Below are positions 27,221 to 37,582 of a DNA stretch of 47,443 nt, piece after piece. The translations under genes were made by a program, and so were the position numbers. The DNA lies in NCBI GenBank assembly GCA_964561265.1, contig CAZLOX010000002.1, forward strand, positions 1-47,443, written 5' to 3'. Below the pieces are notes generated by a model. That model saw nothing but the letters and a program-made list of their open reading frames with translations, was not told the DNA's origin and made no database searches. Source of the DNA: an uncultured Lachnospiraceae bacterium. Lineage in GTDB: Bacteria; Bacillota; Clostridia; UBA1381. Numbering within the stretch: the stretch's first letter is position 1; every line of letters starts with the position of its first letter.

Positions 27221-27556
27221 TTATTCTTGATTTATAAATTTCACTTTAGGCGTGTGGGTTTTTGCTTCTTCATATCCCATCAGGGCATATGCTATAATGA
27301 TAACGATATCGCCTTTGTCTGCCTTATGCGCCGCTGCGCCGTTCAGGCATACAACTCCGCTTCCGCGTTCGCCGGGGATCGCGTAAGTTTCAAGGCGTTC
27401 GCCGTTTGTAACATTCACTACCTGCACTTTCTGATTATTTAAAATTCCGACTTCATCCATCCAGTCCTCATCAATAGTGATTGAACCTATATAATTCAGA
27501 TTTGCGTCAGTCACTTTTGCGCGGTGTATCTTTGAATTCATAACCTCTATATACAT
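27221..27556 (-). CDS. panD: Aspartate 1-decarboxylase (pyruvoyl-dependent)
   Basis: Contains [26 protein letters not shown] with the Gly-Ser self-cleavage site, plus LNGAAA. Confidence 0.92.
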   Translation of the reverse strand: MYIEVMNSKIHRAKVTDANLNYIGSITIDEDWMDEVGILNNQKVQVVNVTNGERLETYAIPGERGSGVVCLNGAAAHKADKGDIVIIIAYALMGYEEAKTHTPKVKFINQE

Positions 27557-27582
27557 CTTTATTACTTCCTTTGAGAGTTATT

Positions 27583-28422
27583 TTAAATTATTATGTTGTC
27601 AATAAGCCGTGTTGTTCCGAAACGTACCGCCAAGGCGATGAGAGTTTTATCTTCCGCGGTTTCGCAGGATTCCAAAGACGGGAATTTTACGCTTTCAATA
27701 TATTCTATCTCAGCAAGCGGCATTTTATTGATTTCAGCGCGTATTGTGTCTTTTAATACATCTGTTCTCTTTTCGCCGTTTTTACAGAGTTCTTCCGCCG
27801 CTTTCAGTCCGCGGCTGAGCGATAATGCCTGCGCGCGTTCTTCCGCTGATAAATATGTGTTTCTCGAACTCATAGCCAGACCGTCTTTTTCGCGCACGAT
27901 AGGGCAGGGAACAATTTCAATATCAAAATTCATATCCTCTGCCATACGGCATATAACGGCAAGCTGCTGAGCATCCTTCTGTCCGAAATACGCGCGGTCA
28001 GGAGTAATTATATTAAATAGCTTTGATACTACCGTTGTAACGCCTCTGAAATGAATCGGTCTTGAAACTCCGCACAATATACTGGTGATTTCCTCAACAT
28101 TCACATATGTTTTATATCCGGCCGGATACATTTCCGCAGCTGTCGGATGAAAAATAACAGACGCTCCGCCCTGAGACGCAACGTTTTTATCATGTTCCAG
28201 ATCGCGCGGATATTTGTCAAGGTCCTCATTAACTCCGAACTGTGTAGGATTTACAAAAATACTCACGACAACTATATCATTCTGTGACGCCGCTTTTTCT
28301 ATAAGCGATTTATGTCCGTCATGGAGATATCCCATTGTCGGAACAAGTCCTATGCTTTTGCTAATCTTTTTCTGTTCATTTATATATTCTCTCATTTCTG
28401 AAACAGTTGTTATAATTTTCAT
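27583..28422 (-). CDS. panC: Pantoate--beta-alanine ligase
   Basis: Motifs [29 protein letters not shown] and SSRN. Confidence 0.93.
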   Translation of the reverse strand: MKIITTVSEMREYINEQKKISKSIGLVPTMGYLHDGHKSLIEKAASQNDIVVVSIFVNPTQFGVNEDLDKYPRDLEHDKNVASQGGASVIFHPTAAEMYPAGYKTYVNVEEITSILCGVSRPIHFRGVTTVVSKLFNIITPDRAYFGQKDAQQLAVICRMAEDMNFDIEIVPCPIVREKDGLAMSSRNTYLSAEERAQALSLSRGLKAAEELCKNGEKRTDVLKDTIRAEINKMPLAEIEYIESVKFPSLESCETAEDKTLIALAVRFGTTRLIDNIII

Positions 28423-29210
28423 TGCGGAAAAATGCCTCCTTTGACTTCGTTTATATAGTCGGTTACACCCTTTTTTACGGTATCATTCAGTTCTGCATAT
28501 TTCTTTACAAATGCCGGAACATAATCGCTGAATAATCCAAGCATATCGTAAAGTACGAGAACCTGTCCGTCACATCCTGCGCCTGCGCCTATTCCTATTG
28601 TAGGCACTGATATTTCTTCACTTACTCTTTTTGCCAGTTCTTTCGGAATACATTCAAGCACAATACAAAACGCGCCTGCCGCTTCTATTGCTTTTGCGTC
28701 CGCAATAAGTTTCTGCGCTTCAGCTTCTTCCTTTGCGCATATGCCGAAACCGCCGAGCTGATTTACACTCTGCGGAGTGAGTCCGAGATGTCCGACAACA
28801 GGAATACCGGCATCGCATATTGCTTTTACAACATCGGCAATTTCTTCTCCGCCCTCTATTTTTACCGCGTGCGCGTTTCCTTCCGAAATCAGTCTGCCGG
28901 CATTTTCAACAGCCTTATATACGCCGAGATGGCATGACAAAAACGGCATATCGGAAACAATAAGAGGATATTTTGCTCCGCGCGCGACCGCTTTTGTATG
29001 ATGGAGCATATCTTCCATTGTTACATGAGTGGTATTTTCATATCCAAGCACCACATTTCCCAGTGAATCGCCGACAAGAATCATATCGCATCCGGCTTCA
29101 TCAAGAATTTTAGCCATAGGATAATCATACGCGGTAAGCATAGATATTTTTTCCTTACCTTTCATTTGTCTGATTGTTTTTGTTGTTATCTTTTTTCGTT
29201 TTGAATCCAT
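28419..29210 (-). CDS. panB: 3-methyl-2-oxobutanoate hydroxymethyltransferase
   Basis: Motifs [21 protein letters not shown] and GHLGLTPQS. There is a 4-nt overlap with panC. Confidence 0.93.
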   Translation of the reverse strand: MDSKRKKITTKTIRQMKGKEKISMLTAYDYPMAKILDEAGCDMILVGDSLGNVVLGYENTTHVTMEDMLHHTKAVARGAKYPLIVSDMPFLSCHLGVYKAVENAGRLISEGNAHAVKIEGGEEIADVVKAICDAGIPVVGHLGLTPQSVNQLGGFGICAKEEAEAQKLIADAKAIEAAGAFCIVLECIPKELAKRVSEEISVPTIGIGAGAGCDGQVLVLYDMLGLFSDYVPAFVKKYAELNDTVKKGVTDYINEVKGGIFPQ

Positions 29211-29314
29211 AGTTATTTAATCTCCCTTGTTATCTGATGTGATAAAATTGCAGGTCTGTCTGTAAATTAAAGCAAGCTTAATTACCGGCAGACTCTTGAT
29301 ATATTTTTCACGAA

Positions 29315-29342
29315 TAAAAAAAGTACCCGTTATAGCGGGAAC
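29315..29342 (-). terminator. Terminator-like hairpin inside the panB leader
   Basis: Minus strand reads GTTCCCG-CTATAA-CGGGTAC followed by TTTTTTTATT. It lies ~105 nt upstream of the panB ATG. Confidence 0.45.
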
Positions 29343-29482
29343 CCAAAAGAGAGCGGTCTGTGCCGCGGATTTTATAATCTGTCCAAAGTTCTGAACCGCC
29401 TGCAAATGCGGAAAGAGTGATTTTACAGATTGTAAGTCTCTGTTGGGAATCCAATCAAAGCTTGTATCTATAATACAACGAC

Positions 29483-29511
29483 ATTATAACATAAAAAAAA
29501 TTGGTTGTCAA
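29483..29511 (-). promoter_or_regulatory. Promoter of panBCD
   Basis: Minus strand reads TTGACA (29506-29511), 17-nt spacer, TATAAT (29483-29488). Confidence 0.65.
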
Positions 29512-29613
29512 TCGGTATTTTTTCAAAAATAACGAAACCTGTAATTTACGATATTAATTGAACAAATTTCTGTAACAGCATTTATTTGGCAGAGATTAAA
29601 TAGGAAAATAAAA

Positions 29614-29647
29614 AGACTATGGAAATCTCATAAGAAATCCATAGTCT
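29614..29647 (-). terminator. Terminator of the O-acetyltransferase gene
   Basis: Stem AGACTATGG / CCATAGTCT with a 16-nt loop. T run follows on the minus strand. Confidence 0.6.
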
Positions 29648-29654
29648 TTGAATG

Positions 29655-30272
29655 TTATTTTATAAGTTCTTTAGGGATTTTTCTGTCCTTAAAATAATAT
29701 TCTCTGTCGTGTTCGCTTATCTTTCTGAGAATTCTGCAAGGATTTCCTACCGCCACAACATCGTTTGGAATATTCTTTGTAACAACACTGCCCGCGCCGA
29801 TTACAACATTGTCGCCTATCGTAATGCCCGGAAGAATAATCGCTCCGGCACCTATCCAGCAGTTTTTGCCGATGTGAACAGGAGCATTATACTGATATCC
29901 ATGCTCACGCAGCTTAGGCAGAATTGGGTGTCCTGCGGTTGCAACAATTACATTTGGTCCGAACATTGTGTAATCGCCTACATAAATATGCGTGTCATCT
30001 ACCATTGTCGTACCGAAATTGCAGTAAATATTTTTTCCGAAATGAATATGCGCACCGCCAAAATTGGAATGAAACGGTGGTTCGATATAACAATTCTCGC
30101 CAATCTCTGAAAACATCTCTTTCATCAATTTTTGCCGCTTTTCAAATTCTGTCGGACGTGTCATATTAAACTCGTACAGCCTGTCAAGACATTTTGTCTG
30201 CCGCTCCATAATTTCATCATCAAGCGGCAAATACAATTCGCCGGTATGCATTTTTTCTTTCATTGTGCTCAT
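29655..30272 (-). CDS. Maltose/galactoside-type sugar O-acetyltransferase (hexapeptide family)
   Basis: Mac N-terminal region (MHTGELY...D.E....R..C..L..FN) and hexapeptide repeats IGKNCWIGAGAIILPGITIGDNVVIGAGSVV. Confidence 0.88.
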   Translation of the reverse strand: MSTMKEKMHTGELYLPLDDEIMERQTKCLDRLYEFNMTRPTEFEKRQKLMKEMFSEIGENCYIEPPFHSNFGGAHIHFGKNIYCNFGTTMVDDTHIYVGDYTMFGPNVIVATAGHPILPKLREHGYQYNAPVHIGKNCWIGAGAIILPGITIGDNVVIGAGSVVTKNIPNDVVAVGNPCRILRKISEHDREYYFKDRKIPKELIK

Positions 30273-30307
30273 ATAAAAATCTCCTTAACTAAACAGGCTA
30301 TTACATA

Positions 30308-31090
30308 TTATTTTTTAAAGCCTATAAGTTTCAGCCAGTTTAAAAGGCTGTCCGACCACTGAGCCACATGAGGACATTCATGAGCAAGACCGAGTCCGTG
30401 ATGACCTATCGGGTATATATGCACTTCAAACGGAACTTTTACCTTGCTGAGCGCCGCTGAATATAAAAGCGTATTTTCGATAGGTACTGCCGCATCTTCA
30501 GAAGTATGCCATATGAATGTCTGCGGTGTGTTTTCCGTTACCTGCTTATGCAGCGACATAAACTCCTTATCCTTATGAAGCGGATTTTCGCCTATAAGAT
30601 TTTGTCTTGAACCGTCATGGCGGTATTCAAACATATCTATTACCGGATAACATAAAATAGTCGCATCCGGACGGGCATCTTCCATATCTATGGCATCCTG
30701 CGGAGAATAGATGTCCTTGTCATAGTGAACTGAAACAGACGCGGCAACATGAGCGCCGGCGGAAAATCCCATAACGGCGATTTTGTTTTTGTCAATGCCC
30801 CATTCCTGTGCGTTATGACGCACATATTTTACAGCGCGCATAGCGTCGGCAAGCGGAGCATATCCCAGATGCTGACGTTCTGCGGCTCTGTAATCCAGAA
30901 CAAACGCGCTTATTCCATTGGAGTTAAACCATTCGGCTATTGCAGGGCCTTCATGCTCAGCGCGGAACGCGTATCCGCCTCCTGGGCATACTATAACCGC
31001 CGAATCCGAACCCTTTACAATATATTCTGTTATTTCCGGCTCAAAACCTTCCACTTCCTTAAAGGGAGCTTTTTCTGACCATAATTTCAT
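30308..31090 (-). CDS. Alpha/beta hydrolase, acetyl-esterase/lipase-like
   Basis: CPGGGY oxyanion region, GFSAGAH nucleophile elbow and a C-terminal HG. Confidence 0.7.
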   Translation of the reverse strand: MKLWSEKAPFKEVEGFEPEITEYIVKGSDSAVIVCPGGGYAFRAEHEGPAIAEWFNSNGISAFVLDYRAAERQHLGYAPLADAMRAVKYVRHNAQEWGIDKNKIAVMGFSAGAHVAASVSVHYDKDIYSPQDAIDMEDARPDATILCYPVIDMFEYRHDGSRQNLIGENPLHKDKEFMSLHKQVTENTPQTFIWHTSEDAAVPIENTLLYSAALSKVKVPFEVHIYPIGHHGLGLAHECPHVAQWSDSLLNWLKLIGFKK

Positions 31091-31118
31091 TTAAACAACT
31101 TCCTTTCAAAATAATTTT

Positions 31119-32498
31119 TCAGCTTTGTATTTCATTGAGCATATCCCTGACTGACGATTTTTTCACTGTAAACATAACACTGCCGTCACGGCGGATTGCA
31201 TAGCTTAAATCGTCTATCGGAATAAGTTCGATTATCATATCGCTGCTGCCGTTATATCCTTTAAATTCTATTGTGATTTCCGGCCCGCCCAGCGGTTCGT
31301 TATCATACATACCATCAGCGCTGATACCTATAATTGCCTGATATATCTTTTTAGCATTATCAGAATCTTCGTCCTGTCCGTTTATTTTAAAGCTGAACTC
31401 ATTGCCGTCATCGTTCTGTTCAATTTCCATAACAAAGTCATCGCCGGCACCTTTTATATTAACCCGTTCCGTTGACGCAATATCTCTTAATGCCGCAAGT
31501 TTGCTTATAATCAGAAATGCGTCAGCATCCATAAATTCAACGCTTGAAGAATCTATTTCATAAATATTTCCGCGTCCGTCCATACTTACAAAACGCTTGG
31601 AGTCAAAGTTTCTTGATATTCTGAGTGTCTGCGTGCTTTCGTCGGTCTTGTTTCCGTTTTCGTCAAGCTTGACCGATTTGACAGTAAGTATATATTCCGG
31701 ATCGGAAAGTCCGTAATCCTCCGTTTGTTCCGCCACCTTGCTTATATTAAGTTTAGTCATTGGTGTGATTATCTTATCGTCAACAAACTGGTCTATGGCG
31801 TTGAATACTCCGTCATAAGGCTCAGTCATTTCCCATATATTATACGCTGAAGCTACGGAGGATAAATCGTCCTTTACTCTGAGATGTATATTGTTTCCGC
31901 TCTTTCTTTGTATAATAATCTCGTTAAGTTCGGCAAGATTTACCGAAAATCTTGAAAATTCCTGATAATATTTCGCATCATACAGCATCTGTGATACTTT
32001 CGCGCTGTAAATACTGTAAACGGTGTCAGAGCCAACCTGCATATAAAAATATTCTCCGGAAAGCGGACTTTTGTCGCCGACGATAAATTTATCAACGGTC
32101 GTATCCTTGTTTTCAATCTCTACCGTTACAGCAGGATTATCAAGTCCGTATACCGATAAATCCTGAGGATTTTTCTCTATTTCATTATTTGAAATAACGG
32201 TAAGGACTGACGTTAAAAGAGATTCGATTTTTTCCGCGTCTGTTTCGGCTGACGGTATGTCATTTACAGTCCATTCCTCGCCGGAATTTTTAAATGTCAT
32301 AACGCCGTTTTCAGAGGATATTGTTATTGAAGATACATCATTTTTGTCCTTTTTATACACGTCATATTTCGGCATTGCGGTGACTTCGGGAGCCTGTGTG
32401 CCGGAGTCTGATTTATATATCATTACGATAGCCGCGGACATAGCAAGTATTGCAAGCATTATAACGCCTTTTGCCCATATGGGGAACTTTTTTTTCAT
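31119..32498 (-). CDS. DUF4340 domain protein (accessory to the GldG-type ABC system)
   Basis: N-terminal TM anchor (MKKKFPIWAKGVIMLAILAMS) followed by repeated beta-rich modules. Start set to the ATG 32496-32498, which forms an ATGA overlap with the upstream stop and is preceded by AAGGAGG. The track start lies inside the upstream gene. Confidence 0.65.
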   Translation of the reverse strand: MKKKFPIWAKGVIMLAILAMSAAIVMIYKSDSGTQAPEVTAMPKYDVYKKDKNDVSSITISSENGVMTFKNSGEEWTVNDIPSAETDAEKIESLLTSVLTVISNNEIEKNPQDLSVYGLDNPAVTVEIENKDTTVDKFIVGDKSPLSGEYFYMQVGSDTVYSIYSAKVSQMLYDAKYYQEFSRFSVNLAELNEIIIQRKSGNNIHLRVKDDLSSVASAYNIWEMTEPYDGVFNAIDQFVDDKIITPMTKLNISKVAEQTEDYGLSDPEYILTVKSVKLDENGNKTDESTQTLRISRNFDSKRFVSMDGRGNIYEIDSSSVEFMDADAFLIISKLAALRDIASTERVNIKGAGDDFVMEIEQNDDGNEFSFKINGQDEDSDNAKKIYQAIIGISADGMYDNEPLGGPEITIEFKGYNGSSDMIIELIPIDDLSYAIRRDGSVMFTVKKSSVRDMLNEIQS

Positions 32499-33910
32499 CA
32501 GAGATTTTTCCTCCTTATCCATACGACAATTCCGCATATCAGAAGCGCAAGCGGAATGATTATAACGCATATTATGCCGATTACAAGCGTGTCAAAAAGC
32601 TCGATTGTAAGTCTGTCAGATATAAGCGAACGCGGCGCTATATCATAATTTTCCTTTGAGCCTTCAAGGTAATTCATAACAGATGAATACAAGTTGTAAT
32701 TCGCAAAGCCGTACATATCTACAGCGTCCGGATTTGCGTCAAGCAGAAGCGTGCTGCCCGATACGAAAATAATAGCGTCCTCATCAGGATTTGCGCCCTG
32801 TCTGGTAGATACAGCGGCTATTATGAACTGCCCTGTTTTATCGCTTTCAGATTTTTTAATCGAATTTTCAGCCATTACTTCCTCTATATTATCTTTTGAA
32901 TACGCGCTGTCAGAGGTGGTTACAACCGGAATGACTTCAATTCCGCTGTTTGCGTCATAAAGTTTTGTGAGAGATTTCGGATACGGATAATATGCGGTTC
33001 TTCTGTCGCTGCTTATAGAGGCGGTGATATCGTTGTCTTCGCTTTCCGCTATTACAAGCCCCATGTTAGTCATATTTTTTTCGTCAATAACCAGATCGTC
33101 ATTTACTTCAATGCCCCATTCCTTTATAAGTGTATAAAGATTAGGGAGATCGGCGGTTGTGCCTTCAAATAAGAACTGAGCTTTTCCGGCGTTTTTGAAA
33201 AATTCATCCAGTTTAGCTATATCGGCTTTTGTGAAGTCATTTTTAGGCAGCGATATTATGAGCATATCCGCGTCTGACGGGATATCCTCCGATGATATGT
33301 TGAATGTTGAAGTCACATAATTGTCCGCCTGAAGTTTGGTTTCGGCTCCGGGGGGGATCTCCTCGCCGTGTCCTTCCACAAAATATACCTTGTAATCACT
33401 TGAACTTGCAACATATTTAAGCGCCGCGGTCATTTTCTGTTCCGCTCTTATGCTTGTTGCCGTCTTTGTCGATGCGTCAACATTGTAAAGGTCGGACTGA
33501 CGATACACTTTAAATCTTTCTCCGGCATCGATTATTACCGTATTTGTTGAAAGGGAAAAGCCGGCATCGGTATATTTTTTGCCGAAAGTCGGATTTTCCT
33601 TTGGGTTGATATTTTCGATTTTAATATTTTTATTCGCCTGCGCATACTTGTCAATAACAGTACGCAGCTGTTCATCCTGATTGGCTTCTGATGCGATAAT
33701 ATATATCGTTACCGGCACGTCAAAGGTTTCAAGATATTCATATGTTGAATCTGATATTTCATATACTTTTGAAGTTGTCAGGTCAAGTTTTACCGGAACT
33801 TTGTCTACAAATACCGATACAAGTATGTTGAACACGATTGCTATCAGTATAATTCCGATAAGTGTAAGACCTGAATTTATAAGATAATTCCATCTTACCT
33901 GCTTTTTCAT
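32498..33910 (-). CDS. GldG-like ABC-transport auxiliary protein (N- and C-terminal TM anchors)
   Basis: GldG-like motifs (YFVEGHGEE) with terminal TM helices at both ends. Its position after the ABC-2 permease fits. Confidence 0.7.
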   Translation of the reverse strand: MKKQVRWNYLINSGLTLIGIILIAIVFNILVSVFVDKVPVKLDLTTSKVYEISDSTYEYLETFDVPVTIYIIASEANQDEQLRTVIDKYAQANKNIKIENINPKENPTFGKKYTDAGFSLSTNTVIIDAGERFKVYRQSDLYNVDASTKTATSIRAEQKMTAALKYVASSSDYKVYFVEGHGEEIPPGAETKLQADNYVTSTFNISSEDIPSDADMLIISLPKNDFTKADIAKLDEFFKNAGKAQFLFEGTTADLPNLYTLIKEWGIEVNDDLVIDEKNMTNMGLVIAESEDNDITASISSDRRTAYYPYPKSLTKLYDANSGIEVIPVVTTSDSAYSKDNIEEVMAENSIKKSESDKTGQFIIAAVSTRQGANPDEDAIIFVSGSTLLLDANPDAVDMYGFANYNLYSSVMNYLEGSKENYDIAPRSLISDRLTIELFDTLVIGIICVIIIPLALLICGIVVWIRRKNL

Positions 33911-33938
33911 TTATTCTGTTCCGTCCTTTCTGATCTGA

Positions 33939-34643
33939 TTAACTCCATCTTCTTTTTTCAAATACTCTGACCGTCATAAACAGGAATACAGCCGCTGCGC
34001 TGATATAGTAAATAATCGGTTCGATACTCAGTACGCCGAGGGTAAAATCGGTAAAACGGTCAAACGGAGAAATCCATAAAAGTATTTTTGATATAAATGA
34101 ATTTGATACCGATGATGAGAATATATCCAGAAACATTAAAAGTATAACGACTCCGTATGTCGATATCGCCGCGATTATCTGATTTTCGGTGATTGACGAC
34201 ATAAACGCGCCTATCGCTATTATCAGGGCCGAAAACAGTATAAATCCGACATAAAGGCTTACTGTTTCGGCAAACGGAACGCTTGAGTAAAAGGACATAA
34301 TTATCGGATATAAAAGCGTTATAGCCATTGATGCGGTGAATGCGCCTGCCGCCGCGAAAAATTTTCCCAGAACCATATCGGTTATTGATATGGGAGATGT
34401 CAGCAGAAGCTGATCTGTCTTTGATTTTTTATCTTCCGAAAACATACGCATGGTAAGTATCGGCAGAATGAACATTGTCCAGCTGAGCATACTTGTAAAA
34501 TATCCGTTCATCGAGGATGTTCCGCTCAGAAGATTGTTCACGACAAACATAACGCCGCTTAAAAGCATAAATATTGTAAGAAATGTAAATCCGAGCATAC
34601 CTGTGAAATACGCGCGGAACTCACGCTTCATTATCGCTGTCAT
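33939..34643 (-). CDS. ABC-2 type transporter permease (GldF-like)
   Basis: Six predicted TM helices; starts MKREFRAYFTGMLGF. Confidence 0.75.
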   Translation of the reverse strand: MTAIMKREFRAYFTGMLGFTFLTIFMLLSGVMFVVNNLLSGTSSMNGYFTSMLSWTMFILPILTMRMFSEDKKSKTDQLLLTSPISITDMVLGKFFAAAGAFTASMAITLLYPIIMSFYSSVPFAETVSLYVGFILFSALIIAIGAFMSSITENQIIAAISTYGVVILLMFLDIFSSSVSNSFISKILLWISPFDRFTDFTLGVLSIEPIIYYISAAAVFLFMTVRVFEKRRWS

Positions 34644-35631
34644 TATTATGATCCTCCTTTGCTTCTTTTTCTGCGGAAATATTATCTTCCGGAACGCCCT
34701 GAGTGAGTTTTATGAATATATCCTCCAGTGTCGCCGAAATTTCATTCTGCGAAAGTATGGGCATATTTTTCTCTGCAAAAAGATTGAAAAGTTCCTTCCG
34801 GAACTCCGCGTCAATTCTGTTTTTAGTTTCAAGTTCAAACTCGCATGAGCCGTCTGTTTTTTCGACTATGAACTTAACAGCAGATATATCCGCACATTCA
34901 TTCATAGCGTTTTCCGCATCCTCTTTATTTCCGGCGATTACTATCGAGAGCCTTTTTCTTTCCGAATATTTTTCAGTCAGATTTTCCGGCGTGTCCTCCG
35001 CAATAAGTCTGCCTTTGTTTATTATTATCACTCTTTCGCATACCGCGCTTATCTCTGATAATATGTGAGAACTCAATATTACGGTGCGTTCTTTTCCGAG
35101 TTCCTTTATAACATTTCTGATTTCTATGATCTGATTAGGGTCAAGACCGACGGTAGGCTCGTCAAGAATAAGCACTTCCGGATCGCCTATAAGCGCCTGA
35201 GCAAGTCCCACTCTCTGCTTGTAGCCCTTTGAAAGGTTGGATATCCTGCGTTTTCTTACGTCATCAATGCCGACTGTGGATATTATTTTTTCGATATGTT
35301 CCTTTTTGTTTTCCTTTCCGGCTTTTTTCAGGTCATATACAAAATTCAGATATTCTTCCGCTGTCATATCATTGTAAAGCGGCGGAAATTCCGGCAGATA
35401 GCCTATGCGTTTTTTCACTTCGCGCGGATCTTCAAGAATATCAAATCCGTCCACTTTAACGCTTCCGGAACTTGATGAAATATAGCCGGTAAGTATATTC
35501 ATGGTGGTTGATTTTCCTGCTCCGTTCGGGCCGAGAAAACCCAGTACCTCGCCTTTTTTCACACTGAAGCTTATTCCGTCCAGAGCCTTTTTGTTTCCGT
35601 ACATTTTTGTAAGATTTGAAATTTCAATCAT
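34621..35631 (-). CDS. ABC transporter ATP-binding protein (GldA-like) with acidic C-terminal tail
   Basis: Walker A GPNGAGKST, signature LSKGYKQR and Walker B LILDEP. Start set to MIEISNLTKMYG (ATG 35629-35631). The track start overlaps aspS. Confidence 0.9.
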   Translation of the reverse strand: MIEISNLTKMYGNKKALDGISFSVKKGEVLGFLGPNGAGKSTTMNILTGYISSSSGSVKVDGFDILEDPREVKKRIGYLPEFPPLYNDMTAEEYLNFVYDLKKAGKENKKEHIEKIISTVGIDDVRKRRISNLSKGYKQRVGLAQALIGDPEVLILDEPTVGLDPNQIIEIRNVIKELGKERTVILSSHILSEISAVCERVIIINKGRLIAEDTPENLTEKYSERKRLSIVIAGNKEDAENAMNECADISAVKFIVEKTDGSCEFELETKNRIDAEFRKELFNLFAEKNMPILSQNEISATLEDIFIKLTQGVPEDNISAEKEAKEDHNNDSDNEA

Positions 35632-35654
35632 ATTGAATTCCTTTCTTCCTGAAT

Positions 35655-35680
35655 CCGGGGAAACGCTGATGTTTCCCCGG
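35655..35680 (-). other. GC-rich 10-bp hairpin between aspS and the ABC cassette (no U tract)
   Basis: CCGGGGAAAC-GCTGAT-GTTTCCCCGG. Confidence 0.5.
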
Positions 35681-35689
35681 AAATATTTC

Positions 35690-37471
35690 TTAGTTATCGT
35701 CCTTGCTGCTGACAGAAATAGCAAGTTCCTCAAGCTGTTTGTCATCTACGACAGACGGCGCGTCGGTCATAAGTTCCGATGCATTCTGCACTTTCGGGAA
35801 TGCGATAACGTCCCTGATATTATCGCAGCCGGTAAGAATCATAACAAGTCTGTCAAGACCGTATGCCATACCGCCGTGCGGAGGCGTGCCGTACTGGAAT
35901 CCCTCAAGAAGGAAACCGAATCTTTCCCACGCGTCCTCTTTTGTGAAACCAAGCACGTTAAACATCTTTTCCTGCAAGTCGCTGTTGTATATTCTGATAC
36001 TTCCGCCGCCGGCTTCATAGCCGTTGATTACAATGTCATATGCTTTTGAGCGTACCTTTTCCGGCGCTGTGTCAAGATACTGTATATCCTCATCCATAGG
36101 AGCGGTGAACGGATGATGTTTTGCCGTGAATCTGCCCTCATCCTCGCTGTACTCAAGAAGCGGAAATTCCGTTACCCATAAAAGGTCATATCCGCCCTTT
36201 ATAAGGTCAAGACGCTTTGCAACTTCAAGTCTGAGCGCGCCAAGAGAATCGAACACTACAGAATCCTTGTCCGCTACAAATACAAGCAGGTCGCCTGTTT
36301 CTCCGCCCATAGCGGAAATGATCGCGTCTGTTTCTTCGGGTTTGAGGAATTTGGCGAAAGATGATTTGTTTTCGTTTTCGCCTATGTTAATCCATGCAAG
36401 TCCCTTTGCCTTGTATGTCTTGACAAATTCGCCGAGCGAGTCCATCTCTTTGCGGCTGAATTTCGCGCCGCCGCCTTTTATATTGATGCCGCGCACGCTT
36501 CCGCCGTTTTCAACAGCGCCTTTGAATACCTTGAAATCGCATTTTGCGGCAATATCTGATATATTCTGAAGTTCAAGTCCGAAACGCGTGTCGGGTTTGT
36601 CAGAACCGAATCTTTCCATTGCCTCGCTGTACGGAATCCTTCTGAGCGGAAGTTCAATATCAACGCCGGCAACATCTTTGAAAAGTTTCTGTATGAATTT
36701 TTCGTTTACTGAAATTATATCGTCCATTTCAACGAATGACATTTCGAGGTCTATCTGAGTAAATTCCGGCTGACGGTCAGCGCGCAGATCCTCATCTCTG
36801 AAACACTTTGTAATCTGGAAATATCTGTCCATACCCGAAAGCATTAAAATCTGCTTGTAAAGCTGCGGCGACTGCGGGAGAGCGTAGAATGTTCCCGGAT
36901 GAACACGGCTCGGAACAAGATAATCCCTTGCGCCCTCCGGAGTGCTTTTTGTAAGTACAGGCGTTTCTATTTCGAGAAAACCGTTGTCAGAAAAATAATT
37001 TCTTGCGATCTGTGCCGCTTTGTGGCGGACGATAAGATTTTTCTGAACGTCCGGACGTCTTAAATCAATATATCTGTATTTAAGACGGAGTTCATCTTTT
37101 ACCTTTGAATCTTCCTCAACGGCGAAAGGCGGTGTTTTGGACGAGTTGAGTATTCTCAGCTCCGATACCTGAATTTCTATCATGCCTGTTTTGATATTCG
37201 GGTTGACTGACGAACGTTTTACCACTTTTCCTACAGCCGCAAGCACATATTCATTTCTTACAGACTGAGCCTTTTCAAATGCGGTTTTGTCTATTTCTTC
37301 CGAAAAAGAAAGCTGTACTATACCGCTTATATCTCTCAGATCTATAAAAGTCAGAGCGCCCATCTGTCTGTAAACCTGAGTCCAGCCCATCACAGTAACA
37401 GTACTGCCGATGTCTTTCTCCGACAATTCCGCGCACTTATGCGTGCGTTTAATACCATGCAATGTTTCCAT
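35690..37471 (-). CDS. aspS: Aspartate--tRNA ligase
   Basis: Class II motifs FRDEDLRADRQPEFTQID and GGGSIRI, a GAD insertion domain and an N-terminal OB fold. Confidence 0.95.
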   Translation of the reverse strand: METLHGIKRTHKCAELSEKDIGSTVTVMGWTQVYRQMGALTFIDLRDISGIVQLSFSEEIDKTAFEKAQSVRNEYVLAAVGKVVKRSSVNPNIKTGMIEIQVSELRILNSSKTPPFAVEEDSKVKDELRLKYRYIDLRRPDVQKNLIVRHKAAQIARNYFSDNGFLEIETPVLTKSTPEGARDYLVPSRVHPGTFYALPQSPQLYKQILMLSGMDRYFQITKCFRDEDLRADRQPEFTQIDLEMSFVEMDDIISVNEKFIQKLFKDVAGVDIELPLRRIPYSEAMERFGSDKPDTRFGLELQNISDIAAKCDFKVFKGAVENGGSVRGINIKGGGAKFSRKEMDSLGEFVKTYKAKGLAWINIGENENKSSFAKFLKPEETDAIISAMGGETGDLLVFVADKDSVVFDSLGALRLEVAKRLDLIKGGYDLLWVTEFPLLEYSEDEGRFTAKHHPFTAPMDEDIQYLDTAPEKVRSKAYDIVINGYEAGGGSIRIYNSDLQEKMFNVLGFTKEDAWERFGFLLEGFQYGTPPHGGMAYGLDRLVMILTGCDNIRDVIAFPKVQNASELMTDAPSVVDDKQLEELAISVSSKDDN

Positions 37472-37510
37472 ATTACATTCTCCTTTGATAAATTAGATAT
37501 TCACTATATT

Positions 37511-37539
37511 ATTTTATCCTTATAAAGGCAATATGTCAA
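37511..37539 (-). promoter_or_regulatory. Promoter of aspS
   Basis: Minus strand reads TTGACA (37534-37539), 17-nt spacer, TAAAAT (37511-37516). The leader is only ~35 nt, so there is no room for a T-box. Confidence 0.55.
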
Positions 37540-37582
37540 GTATATTTCCTTTAATTATAATAAAAACACATATAATACACAA

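Noticed and set aside
29217-29405. 62-aa ORF in the panB leader
   Set aside because: It has a TTG start without an SD and spans the predicted leader hairpins and terminator. It is more likely non-coding leader RNA.
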